Positions 38,092-46,876 of a stretch of 64,000 nt of DNA are shown here, piece after piece (within the stretch, counting starts at the first letter, position 1; every line of letters begins with the position of its first letter). The translations under genes were made by a program, and so were the position numbers. The notes below the pieces were generated by a model. It was not told the origin of the DNA. It did no database searches and was given only the letters and a program-made list of their open reading frames with translations. Source of the stretch: Verrucomicrobiota bacterium (GTDB lineage Bacteria > Verrucomicrobiota > Verrucomicrobiia > Opitutales > Seribacteraceae); contig JAQBYT010000001.1 in the NCBI GenBank assembly GCA_027622665.1, forward strand, positions 434,049-498,048, written 5' to 3'.

Positions 38092-39383
38092 AAATCGCTT
38101 TCATTACGCCCGGCACGGGTAACTATTACTGTGGCGTTTGCATGCGCGACAACTCGCTCGCCCGCAATCTCATCGATGCCGGGCACGAGGTCACCATGCT
38201 CCCCACCTACCTCCCCCACTTTCTCGACGAGGAACCCGTTTCGGACGACCAGCCCATCTTCTTCGGCGGCATCAACGTCTACCTCCAGCACAAGTTTTCT
38301 CTCTTTCGCCACACCCCCGAATGGATCGATCGCGCCTTTAACGCAAAGTGGCTCCTTCGCAAGGCGGCCGCCCGCAGCGGCATGACTTCCAGCAAGGATC
38401 TCGGCGAGATCACCCTCTCCACCTTCAAGGGCGAGAATGGGCCCCTTGTCAAGGAGGTGCAAAAAGTCGTGGATTGGTTTCGTGAGCACGAAAAGCCCGA
38501 CGTCGTCTTTCTCTCCACCGTCCTCCTCGCGGCTCTTGGTCGCGTCGTGAAACGGGAGTTGAACTTACCCGTCTATGGTTTCCTTCAAGGCGAGGATTCC
38601 TTTCTCGACACCCTTCTCGACGAGTACCGTACCGAGGCCATGGATCTCCTCTCCGCCGACGTCGCCCGTCTCGACGGTTGCATAGCCCCCAGTCGATACT
38701 TCGGTTCGGAAATGGCCAAGCGCTTTAATCTCCCCGAGGAAAAAATCCACTTCTTGTCCAACGGAATAACCCTCGACGGTTATTCCCTTCCCGATGCTTC
38801 CCCCGTCAAGCCCTCAATCGGTTTCTTGGCACGCCTTTGTCCACTCAAGGGACTCGATCTCCTAGTCGACGCCTACCTCGAAATCATGAAGCGCGGCAAC
38901 CATCCCGAGCTCGAGCTCCGCGTCGCAGGCGGCATGACCGACGACGACGCCCCCTACGTCGAAGAACAGAAAGAAAAAATTCGCGCAGCAGGCTTGGACG
39001 GGCAAACTACCTTTCTTCCAAACGTTGATCGCGACGGCAAGCTCGCCTTTCTGCGTGATCTCACCCTGTTCTCCGTTCCTTCCCGCTACCCCGAGGCCTT
39101 TGGTCTATACGTCGTCGAGGCTCTTGCCGCCGGCGTTCCCGTGGTACTTCCGAGCACCGGTGCCTTTCCCGAAATTATCGAAGTCACCGAGGGTGGTGTT
39201 CTTTACCAACCTGAGAAGACTTCCGCCCTCACGGATGCTCTTGAGAACCTTCTCGCCCGCCCCGAGGAAGCGTATGCCATGGGCATTCGCGGACACGAGG
39301 CCGTCGCCAAACGCTTTTCCAACAAAACCCTTGCCGTCGATCTCGTCGACCTCGTCAAGTCGCTTCACCCAAACATCTCTTAA
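38088..39383 (+). CDS. Glycosyltransferase family 4
   Basis: ARLCPLKG, PSRYPEAFGLYVVEALAAGVP (EX7E); N-terminal CGVC. Confidence 0.9.
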   Translation: MKIAFITPGTGNYYCGVCMRDNSLARNLIDAGHEVTMLPTYLPHFLDEEPVSDDQPIFFGGINVYLQHKFSLFRHTPEWIDRAFNAKWLLRKAAARSGMTSSKDLGEITLSTFKGENGPLVKEVQKVVDWFREHEKPDVVFLSTVLLAALGRVVKRELNLPVYGFLQGEDSFLDTLLDEYRTEAMDLLSADVARLDGCIAPSRYFGSEMAKRFNLPEEKIHFLSNGITLDGYSLPDASPVKPSIGFLARLCPLKGLDLLVDAYLEIMKRGNHPELELRVAGGMTDDDAPYVEEQKEKIRAAGLDGQTTFLPNVDRDGKLAFLRDLTLFSVPSRYPEAFGLYVVEALAAGVPVVLPSTGAFPEIIEVTEGGVLYQPEKTSALTDALENLLARPEEAYAMGIRGHEAVAKRFSNKTLAVDLVDLVKSLHPNIS

Positions 39384-39395
39384 AGCTTATTTGCC

Positions 39396-39845
39396 ATGCC
39401 ATCTGAATTTACCATGACTCGTTCCGTAGAGTTCGCCGAGACCGATCTCGCCGGCATCATGCACTTCACCAATTTCTATCGTTGGATGGAAGTCTGCGAG
39501 CACGAGTTCCTGCGTTCCCTCGGTCTTTCCGTAGACCTTACCACCGGCGACCAACGCATAGGTTGGCCACGTGTAAAGACATCCTGTCGCTTCAAGCGCC
39601 CACTTCGCTTCGAGGATGCAGTCGATGTGCGCCTAATCGTCACCGAGATCCGAGATCGCTCCATAGCCTACGCCTTTCAGTTCTGGAAAACCGAAGACGG
39701 CAAACGCGTAAAAGCCGCCGTCGGCGAGACCGTCGCCGCCTGCGTAAGCTTCGATCCCGAGACTCATACAATGACTCCCGTTCCCATCCCGGAAGTCTTT
39801 CGATCCAAGATGGAGGAAGCGTCTACAGTCGATGGGCAAAACTAG
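39396..39845 (+). CDS. 4HBT/YbgC-type acyl-CoA thioesterase
   Basis: VEFAETDLAGIMHFTNFYRWME hot-dog motif, PLRFED. Confidence 0.9.
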   Translation: MPSEFTMTRSVEFAETDLAGIMHFTNFYRWMEVCEHEFLRSLGLSVDLTTGDQRIGWPRVKTSCRFKRPLRFEDAVDVRLIVTEIRDRSIAYAFQFWKTEDGKRVKAAVGETVAACVSFDPETHTMTPVPIPEVFRSKMEEASTVDGQN

Positions 39846-40030
39846 CTAAGAAGATTGCGGCTTTCTTGCCCGCATCCCAATTTGGGTCGCCTTTTACCGT
39901 TACCCCAATTGCAGCGGAGGGATTCGACGGATGCTTAAGGGTATCTAACCACCCCTGTGGCGAAAACATTTGCCACACAAAGGTGAGTTGATTATTCCTA
40001 TGCCTTCTCTCTCCTAAACCCTTTCCCTTC

Positions 40031-42424
40031 ATGTGCAGAAACTCCCTACTCGCTTTGACCTTACTCCTCGTCTTTTCGCAGACACTTGTGCTTGGGCAGG
40101 CTCCCATTTCGCTCTCAGGTTATACGATGAACAGCAAAGATACCAACTGGTCCATCTACAACGAAGACTTGGTCTTGTCTTCTGATGGAACTTTTTCAGC
40201 TATCGTAACCAATAACACTGGAACTTTTACGGCTTCCGGAACTTATGTTTACGCAAAAAAATCGGACCGAACGGGTACTTTGTCCCTTTCTTCTTCACCT
40301 GAAGGCCCATCCTTCAACTTTACTCTTACCTATACGGATTCCGCCTCAGGTACGTATGTCAAGATTGCCGATTACGGTGGAGGGACCACCGACACAACCT
40401 CAGGTCCATTCACTCTCACTTCACCACTCCCTTGGGAGGACTATGATGACTTTAGTGGCGGGTCGCTGAGCACGGACAAGTGGGACCTTTGGTGGGGAGC
40501 GGGCGGGCGTTCGCCTGCGGTGGTCAATGGTGCTCTCGAGCTGGCAGGCAGCGGCAACCTCAATGATCCTGCAAGCTCAAGCGTCCCCGAAGGCTTGGAT
40601 TATATTCCTACTGAGAATTTGCCAAGCAAGCATTCAGTGGCGCTCATTGAAGACGAAAAGGTTTACGGCCTGGAAGCCGAATTCATGATTCCAAATGGCG
40701 CTGCCGATGATACGGGATTAAATTTCATTTGCTTTGATTTTGCTTCTGATGGTTCGAAGAAGGAATTTGGCCCTGAATTGGAGTATCGTGTAGATGAAGG
40801 GCTGGCATTGGAGTTTGCCTACGACGATCCGGTTACGGGTGAGTCCAAGCAAATCTCCCGAGCTGCGGACTTCGACACCTACTACAAGATGTCCCTTATT
40901 CATACCGACAGTACGAATGCTATGTTTTTGAACGGGGAAAAGATCGTCGAGTATTCATCCGCTGGGTTTGATGCGGACGTATTTGGATTTGCCGCATTCA
41001 ATGACGACGGCCACCCGTATTCAACCTACGTCAAAAACGTGCGGGTTCTGCGGAGCGGGCAAACGGCTCCATCTTTGAACATCACCCCCTTGTCTCTCCG
41101 AGCCTTTCGCGACCAAGTTTATTTGCAGGGGCAAAATGGAGTATCAGTGATTGCCGGTGCAGGGGAGATCAATTTTGATTTGGAATTGGCGAATAAACCA
41201 ACGGTTTCAGCCGCGACTTTGAACGTCGACGGCTCGACTTACAACTTGGCAAACCTTGAAGGCCCCTCCAATTTTCGGACGACTTTTGGGTATAGCTCGC
41301 ATGACAATGAACTTTTTGACGTCGAGAGTTCAAGCGCATCGGATTGGAGTTCGTACCTTAACGGAAAGACCTTTTCGTTTTCCTTAACCGTGGACGGGCA
41401 TGACTATTCGTATTCTCATTATTTACCCGCCCAGTCTGCCTTGCCCCCGATACCAAACTTGTCGCTTTCCGGAACTTACCAGTGGAAAGCATTAGCGTCG
41501 GGGGGAGAATACGTTGAGATTGCCGAAGGTAGCGGTCTGACCATCGATTGGGGCTCCTTCTCCTCTGCAGGCGCAAATGATTTTATTACGGTGTCGGCCG
41601 AAGAATTGATTGGTGACGATGAAACGGAAGTCTTGGCGAATACTTACCTTTCATCCACGACAACGAGTTATGAGTTGCCGACCAGTTTGTTCAAAGCTGG
41701 AAAAAATTACTCCTTCTACGTTGAGTTTCACAAGGTCACTCAGTCGGAAAACCCAACCGGCTTTACCCACAAGACTGGAACCGATACGAGCCAACCCCTT
41801 CTCCAAACGTCAGCCCTATCCGTAACTGCCTTGGATATAAGGCCTGTCTTGCTTCAAGCGGAGACCGTTGTCTCCACGCCCGACGGGAAGCCCGTTGTGG
41901 TGCGGGTCGGGGACGCCTACAAGTGGAACGACAGCTTGGACGGAGTGACGGTGTGGGGAGTGTGGAAAGATGAAGACGATGGTTGGACTGCTGCAACAAT
42001 TCAATACGTGGACGGAAAGCAGAAAGGAAATATCGGATTATACGATCAACTTACGACGAATCTAATAGTCGATCATCCTTATGTGATAGATGAGAGTGGA
42101 ATGATAAAGGTAACGGAAGATACCGCGTACCAATATTACCAAGTTACAGGGGTTGAAAATGGAGTGATACAGACTGCGGATGATAGTGTTTTCCCTCTAT
42201 CTGACACTAGTTGGTTCTTCACCACCAAAGCAGCAGCCGAGGAATATTACTATTCAAAGGCAGGATATCCCAACCCGAAGGGCTGGCTCTGGTTCGACCA
42301 GTACCCGTGGGTGTATTCGCAAGAGGAAGGCAACTGGCTCTACTTCAAGCCCTCGGGCGACAAGATCCACTACTACAGCGTCCGCGACAAGGCTTGGCGA
42401 GAATTCACTCCGAAGCAGCCCTAA
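40031..42424 (+). CDS. Secreted multidomain Ser/Thr-rich surface protein with an aromatic C-terminal module
   Basis: Signal peptide; beta-rich modules; C-terminal GWLWFDQYPWVYSQEEGNWLYF. Confidence 0.8.
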   Translation: MCRNSLLALTLLLVFSQTLVLGQAPISLSGYTMNSKDTNWSIYNEDLVLSSDGTFSAIVTNNTGTFTASGTYVYAKKSDRTGTLSLSSSPEGPSFNFTLTYTDSASGTYVKIADYGGGTTDTTSGPFTLTSPLPWEDYDDFSGGSLSTDKWDLWWGAGGRSPAVVNGALELAGSGNLNDPASSSVPEGLDYIPTENLPSKHSVALIEDEKVYGLEAEFMIPNGAADDTGLNFICFDFASDGSKKEFGPELEYRVDEGLALEFAYDDPVTGESKQISRAADFDTYYKMSLIHTDSTNAMFLNGEKIVEYSSAGFDADVFGFAAFNDDGHPYSTYVKNVRVLRSGQTAPSLNITPLSLRAFRDQVYLQGQNGVSVIAGAGEINFDLELANKPTVSAATLNVDGSTYNLANLEGPSNFRTTFGYSSHDNELFDVESSSASDWSSYLNGKTFSFSLTVDGHDYSYSHYLPAQSALPPIPNLSLSGTYQWKALASGGEYVEIAEGSGLTIDWGSFSSAGANDFITVSAEELIGDDETEVLANTYLSSTTTSYELPTSLFKAGKNYSFYVEFHKVTQSENPTGFTHKTGTDTSQPLLQTSALSVTALDIRPVLLQAETVVSTPDGKPVVVRVGDAYKWNDSLDGVTVWGVWKDEDDGWTAATIQYVDGKQKGNIGLYDQLTTNLIVDHPYVIDESGMIKVTEDTAYQYYQVTGVENGVIQTADDSVFPLSDTSWFFTTKAAAEEYYYSKAGYPNPKGWLWFDQYPWVYSQEEGNWLYFKPSGDKIHYYSVRDKAWREFTPKQP

Positions 42425-42928
42425 GGAAGGGTCGTTTCATTTTGGCTAGCGGGCAACTTACGCTCCCGGCGGTCGAGGCATCTTCAGGTTGCCCTGCTTG
42501 GCTCTGAGTTCTTCCAGTCCACTTACGAAATCGCGAGCCGCTCTTTTTGCGAATGCCCTGCGATCTTCGCCCACATTCTTTCGCAACGGTTGCATCGCGA
42601 TCGGCTGCACCGCGACCGGTCGGTGCCCGGATTGTTTATCTTGCCGATTATTTTTTGGTTCAGGGTAAAGGTTCAACGTTACTATGGTAATGTCTGCAAA
42701 AGAATCGCTGTAAACATAGCCGTATTCATCTGCATGAAAACGAAACCTCCGGCGACAGGCGATACCCGTTAGTGTCATATGAACCGTGATTCACTTGCCG
42801 AATGGGAAGTTTTTTTTGCTCTCAGGCTTAGAACTGTGGTTTCTTTGCGGAGCTTAATTGAGATTGAACCAAGAGGATATTTTTTGGATTATCCTGGCCT
42901 TCCCATAACTATTGGAAAAATAGATTTT

Positions 42929-43348
42929 ATGAATATGGCAAAGCTCAAACCGCTTTCTTTCGCATTCAAAGCCCTTCCTTTGAAAACCTTGTCTTGCTTG
43001 TTTTTATTCGCCGCTTCCAGTTGCTCTCGAAATGAAGAGCCTTCCGCGACTGATCGTTCAGATCCTGTCGCCGGTGAAAATACAGGCAGCAGTTTTCTTC
43101 CAACCGTTGTCGACGAGACTTCTTCGTCCGGAAAGAAGCCTCTTCTCAAAACCAAGTTGGAAGGTCCCGATGGCGACATGGATGGCGACGGCATTCCTAA
43201 CTCCAAGGACCCGGATCCTCTTGTACCCGATAAGAATTCCACTTCACTCAAGCCCGCGCCAACCAACAAAACTCTGGAAGGCCCCGACGGGGACATGGAT
43301 GGAGATGGCATTCCCAATTCCAAGGATCCTAAACCTCTCGAGAAGTAA
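42929..43348 (+). CDS. Small lipoprotein with two thrombospondin type 3-like Ca-binding repeats
   Basis: Lipobox-like ASSC; LEGPDGDMDGDGIPNSKDP occurs twice. Confidence 0.82.
   Translation: MNMAKLKPLSFAFKALPLKTLSCLFLFAASSCSRNEEPSATDRSDPVAGENTGSSFLPTVVDETSSSGKKPLLKTKLEGPDGDMDGDGIPNSKDPDPLVPDKNSTSLKPAPTNKTLEGPDGDMDGDGIPNSKDPKPLEK
43157..43330 (+). repeat. Intragenic 57-bp repeat pair (period 117 bp)
   Basis: 43157-43213 vs 43274-43330: 19 identical codons at protein level, 10 synonymous differences. Confidence 0.9.
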
Positions 43349-43385
43349 GTTTGTTAAAAATACTTTTTTGTTGATTGCCCGATTA

Positions 43386-44384
43386 GTGAAGACAGGAAGT
43401 TTTGCTGTTTTTCTTTCTCTTTCCTTGGCAGGTTTTTTTCCCGGTGCCGAATGCCTGGCCCATGCTTCGGATAGGACGAACAGCATCCTTTTGACCAAGG
43501 GTTGCTCGGTACGTTTCGCCACCTTTGTGGAGGCCAAGGCTCGCTTGGCCGAGCGGGACGTTTACGTAAAAAACCTAAGTGCATTTGAGCGGGCCGCCAA
43601 AATCAAGAAGGCCGGCCCGGTTTCCACCGAGCAATACCTTGATTTCATCCAAAACCAAGTGCTCGCATGGAGTAACGCCGACAAAAAAAAACTACTTCGA
43701 GTGATCACCGATGCGAAGCCGAAACTGGCCAAGTTCGCCGTTCACCTGCCCGAGAGCATCCATCTCATCAAGACCACGGGCGAAGACGAGGGCGGAGCGC
43801 CCTACACGCGAGGTGCTTGCATCGTTCTGCCGGAACGTTTCATACGGCAATCGGTCAAGAGCTTGGAGCGGTTGCTTTACCACGAGCTGTTCCACATTGC
43901 TTCGCGCGGCAATCCTCAGTTGCGCGACGAACTGTACGAGATCATCGGTTATGAAAAATGCGGACCGGTTTCGTTGCCGGAGGACATGATGCCGAGACGC
44001 ATAAGCAACCCCGACGCCCCGGTAGTCGAGCATTGCATCCGCGTGTCCCAGGATGGCGAGTCGCACTGGTGCGCTCCAGTACTGTTCTCGCGCACACTTA
44101 AGTACGATCCCAAGACCGGCGGCACCTTTTTTCGCTATCTTCAGTTCCGACTCATGGCGATCGACCGCAAAACCTCCAAGGCCATCCTGAAGGACGGAAA
44201 GCCCATCTTATGGAACCATCAAACGGTGGAAGGTTTTTTCGAGCAGATCGGTCGCAACACCGATTACGTGATTCATCCCGAGGAAACGCTAGCCAACAAT
44301 TTCATACATTTGATGACGGAAAAACAGAACCTCAAAAACCCCGAGATTCCGAAAAAAATAGAAGCGGTCCTGAAGTCGAATTGA
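43386..44384 (+). CDS. Secreted zincin-like (HExxH) putative metallopeptidase
   Basis: Signal-like N-terminus, PYTRG, LYHELFHI, HPEETLANNF; start uncertain. Confidence 0.72.
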   Translation: MKTGSFAVFLSLSLAGFFPGAECLAHASDRTNSILLTKGCSVRFATFVEAKARLAERDVYVKNLSAFERAAKIKKAGPVSTEQYLDFIQNQVLAWSNADKKKLLRVITDAKPKLAKFAVHLPESIHLIKTTGEDEGGAPYTRGACIVLPERFIRQSVKSLERLLYHELFHIASRGNPQLRDELYEIIGYEKCGPVSLPEDMMPRRISNPDAPVVEHCIRVSQDGESHWCAPVLFSRTLKYDPKTGGTFFRYLQFRLMAIDRKTSKAILKDGKPILWNHQTVEGFFEQIGRNTDYVIHPEETLANNFIHLMTEKQNLKNPEIPKKIEAVLKSN

Positions 44385-44425
44385 AAGCAAGGCCCAGCAT
44401 TGCGTGCCGATGACTGAAATTCAAC

Positions 44426-45439
44426 TTAGGCGAAATATTCGGCGAAAGCGGCGATTGCGGTTCGTATGGCGTTGGCGTCTACGTCGAGGTGGGTGACGAG
44501 TCGCAGGGAACCGGCAATGGGTTTTGTGATCAGGATTTCATTGTTCCTTAGGCGTTCGGACAAGCCCGCGATCTTGTCTTCCGCTACGGTGGCGAAGACC
44601 ATATTGGTTTGCACCGAAGAGATCTCAATGCCGTCGATGGCGGCGAGACCATCGGCAAGGATGCGGGCGTTGGCGTGGTCTTCGGCCAGACGGTCGACGT
44701 GGTGCTGCAGGGCATGTATGCCCGCCGCCGCAAGAATGCCCGATTGGCGCATGCCGCCACCTAGCATTTTTCGCCATCGCCTGGCCTCTTTCACGAAATC
44801 CGAAGGTCCGGCCAAAACGGAACCTACCGGGCAGCCGAGACCTTTGGAGAGACATACGGAAACCGAATCGAAGAGAGCGGCGACTTCGGCGGCGGAGACT
44901 CCTTGATCGACGGCGGCATTGAAGATGCGGGCGCCGTCGAGGTGCAGGGCGAGCCCATGTTCGTCGGCAAAGGTTTTGGCTTCGGCAAGGTACTCCAGCG
45001 GCAGCACCTTGCCCCAGGTGGTGTTCTCCATACAGAGAAGGCGAGTGCGGGCGTAATGGTAGTCGTCGGGCTTGATGAGTTTCTTGAGTTTCCCGAGGTC
45101 TAGGGTGCCGTCGGGTTCTTGATCGATGGGTTGGGGTTGTAGACCGGCTAGGGTGGCCCCGCCGCCTCCCTCGAAGAGATAGGTGTGTGCCTGCTGGCCG
45201 ACGAGGTATTCGTCCCCGCGTCCGCAGTGGGTCATGAGGGCCGCTAGGTTGCTCTGAGTGCCGCTCGGGACGAACATAGAGGCTTCCTTGCCTAGCGTTT
45301 CCGCAACGAGGGCTTCCAGTCTATCCACGGTGGGGTCGTCGTCGAAGACGTCGTCGCCCAGTTCGGCTTCCGTCATGGCTTTGAGCATGGCGGGGGTAGG
45401 GCGCGTTACGGTATCGCTGCGGAGGTCGATCATTGACAT
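44426..45439 (-). CDS. ltaE: Low-specificity L-threonine aldolase
   Basis: IDLRSDTVTRP, PSGTQSN, HLDGAR, CLSKGLG (PLP lysine), GGGMRQ. Confidence 0.95.
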   Translation of the reverse strand: MSMIDLRSDTVTRPTPAMLKAMTEAELGDDVFDDDPTVDRLEALVAETLGKEASMFVPSGTQSNLAALMTHCGRGDEYLVGQQAHTYLFEGGGGATLAGLQPQPIDQEPDGTLDLGKLKKLIKPDDYHYARTRLLCMENTTWGKVLPLEYLAEAKTFADEHGLALHLDGARIFNAAVDQGVSAAEVAALFDSVSVCLSKGLGCPVGSVLAGPSDFVKEARRWRKMLGGGMRQSGILAAAGIHALQHHVDRLAEDHANARILADGLAAIDGIEISSVQTNMVFATVAEDKIAGLSERLRNNEILITKPIAGSLRLVTHLDVDANAIRTAIAAFAEYFA

Positions 45440-45590
45440 GTGGCAAACGCTAGCGAACGAGGCGAAAGGCCGAAAGCATGAAAATGAGAATCTTGCCATT
45501 CGGAATTTCCGGTTTCGTATTGGTCGGTGATTCCAAAATTAAGTGAAATTTATAATGGTGCGATGGATTGTTCGAGAGTAGATTAAGGGG

Positions 45591-45983
45591 ATGAAAACTT
45601 GTTTGGTCTCGATGGTTTTAGCGTTAACTTTTTTAGCGGGAGGATGTTCCGGAGGAGACTCGTCGACCTCGGATACCGGGTCGGTAAGCGCGGAGGAATT
45701 TAAGAAGGAAATTGCCGCCGGGGTGGTGTTGGTGGATTTCTGGGCGCCTTGGTGCCCGCCCTGTCGCCGTCAAGGCCCGATCGTGGACGACGTCGCCGAG
45801 AAGGCGAAAGCCTATGGGAAGGTGATCAAGCTGAACGTCGACGATGAGCCCGCCGTTGCTTCGGAGTATGGCATCGAGAGTATCCCCACCTTGATCATTT
45901 TCAAGGACGGAGAAATCCAAAAGCAATTCCAAGGCCTGACCGATGCAAGTACCCTAATCGCTGCCATGAAGGCTGCGGAATGA
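45591..45983 (+). CDS. Thioredoxin (lipoprotein)
   Basis: LAGGC lipobox, DFWAPWCPPC, SIPTL. Confidence 0.9.
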   Translation: MKTCLVSMVLALTFLAGGCSGGDSSTSDTGSVSAEEFKKEIAAGVVLVDFWAPWCPPCRRQGPIVDDVAEKAKAYGKVIKLNVDDEPAVASEYGIESIPTLIIFKDGEIQKQFQGLTDASTLIAAMKAAE

Positions 45984-46074
45984 CGGGGAAAGCTCGAATA
46001 TCGTGTGTGATCCTTATTTCTAGAAACCAATGAAACAGGTGTCATGACAGTACCGTTCAAACCGAGGAACTATT

Positions 46075-46662
46075 ATGCTTAACAGGAAAACGTTTTTTAT
46101 TCGAGAGCACGTGGGTGCCTTGAAGCTTGCCAATACCTACGACATTTTGGATCCCGAGACGAAGGAACAACTAGGTATTGCGAAGGAAAAACCGGGAGCC
46201 CTACTTCATGTCCTCCGCTTCTTTCTTGATAAGCGTAAATTGCCAACCACCGTTAAAGTGTATGAGGGTTCGGACCCCAAAAATGAACAGAATTTGCTGT
46301 TTTCGATTAAGCGCGAATTCTCTTTCTTTATCCCTAAAGTGAGTGTCCGCGACCCATCGGGAAACATAGTGGGTCGCTTTAAAAGTAAGTTGTTTGGTTT
46401 GGGAATTTCTTTTCGCGTCCTCGATCCTTCGGGAAAAGACATGGCCTTGGTAAAAGGAGATTGGAAAGGGTGGAACTTCAGTTTTCTTGACAGTTCGGAA
46501 AAGGAGATTGGGACTATTACGAAGAAGTGGTCCGGATTGGGTAAGGAATTGTTCACCTCGGCCGACAATTATTTTATCGCCTTAAACGATCAACCTGAAC
46601 CCGCCGTCGCCGTCTTGCTGCTGGCAGCCGGGTTGTCGGTGGATACGGTTTACAAGGAGTAA
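46075..46662 (+). CDS. Scramblase/LURP-one-related protein
   Basis: YDILDPE, KGDWKGWNF, KKWSGLGKELFTSADNY. Confidence 0.85.
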   Translation: MLNRKTFFIREHVGALKLANTYDILDPETKEQLGIAKEKPGALLHVLRFFLDKRKLPTTVKVYEGSDPKNEQNLLFSIKREFSFFIPKVSVRDPSGNIVGRFKSKLFGLGISFRVLDPSGKDMALVKGDWKGWNFSFLDSSEKEIGTITKKWSGLGKELFTSADNYFIALNDQPEPAVAVLLLAAGLSVDTVYKE

Positions 46663-46876
46663 GTAACGGTTGACCTGACCGCGCAATGGCATTGCCGCCG
46701 TTGCGTAATGGGCGCCGCGGCTCGCCCACTTTTCTAAGCGATCAGCGGCTGGCTTCTGTCTTATCGAGGGGTTGTCGGGTGAATGGAAAGAGTTCTATTC
46801 CTGTTCACTCATGCAGTTTGGTTTTGCCTAGAGCCGCTAGCTTCCTACCTTCGGGTTCTCCTTCTCCAAGTAAGTT

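Noticed and set aside
42458..42778. 106-aa minus-strand ORF in an intergenic gap
   Set aside because: No motif or clear RBS; cannot be supported, though a small gene is not excluded
43032..43385. Long N-terminal extension of the zincin ORF overlapping the lipoprotein
   Set aside because: Shadow of the lipoprotein frame; a signal-like sequence starts at ~43386
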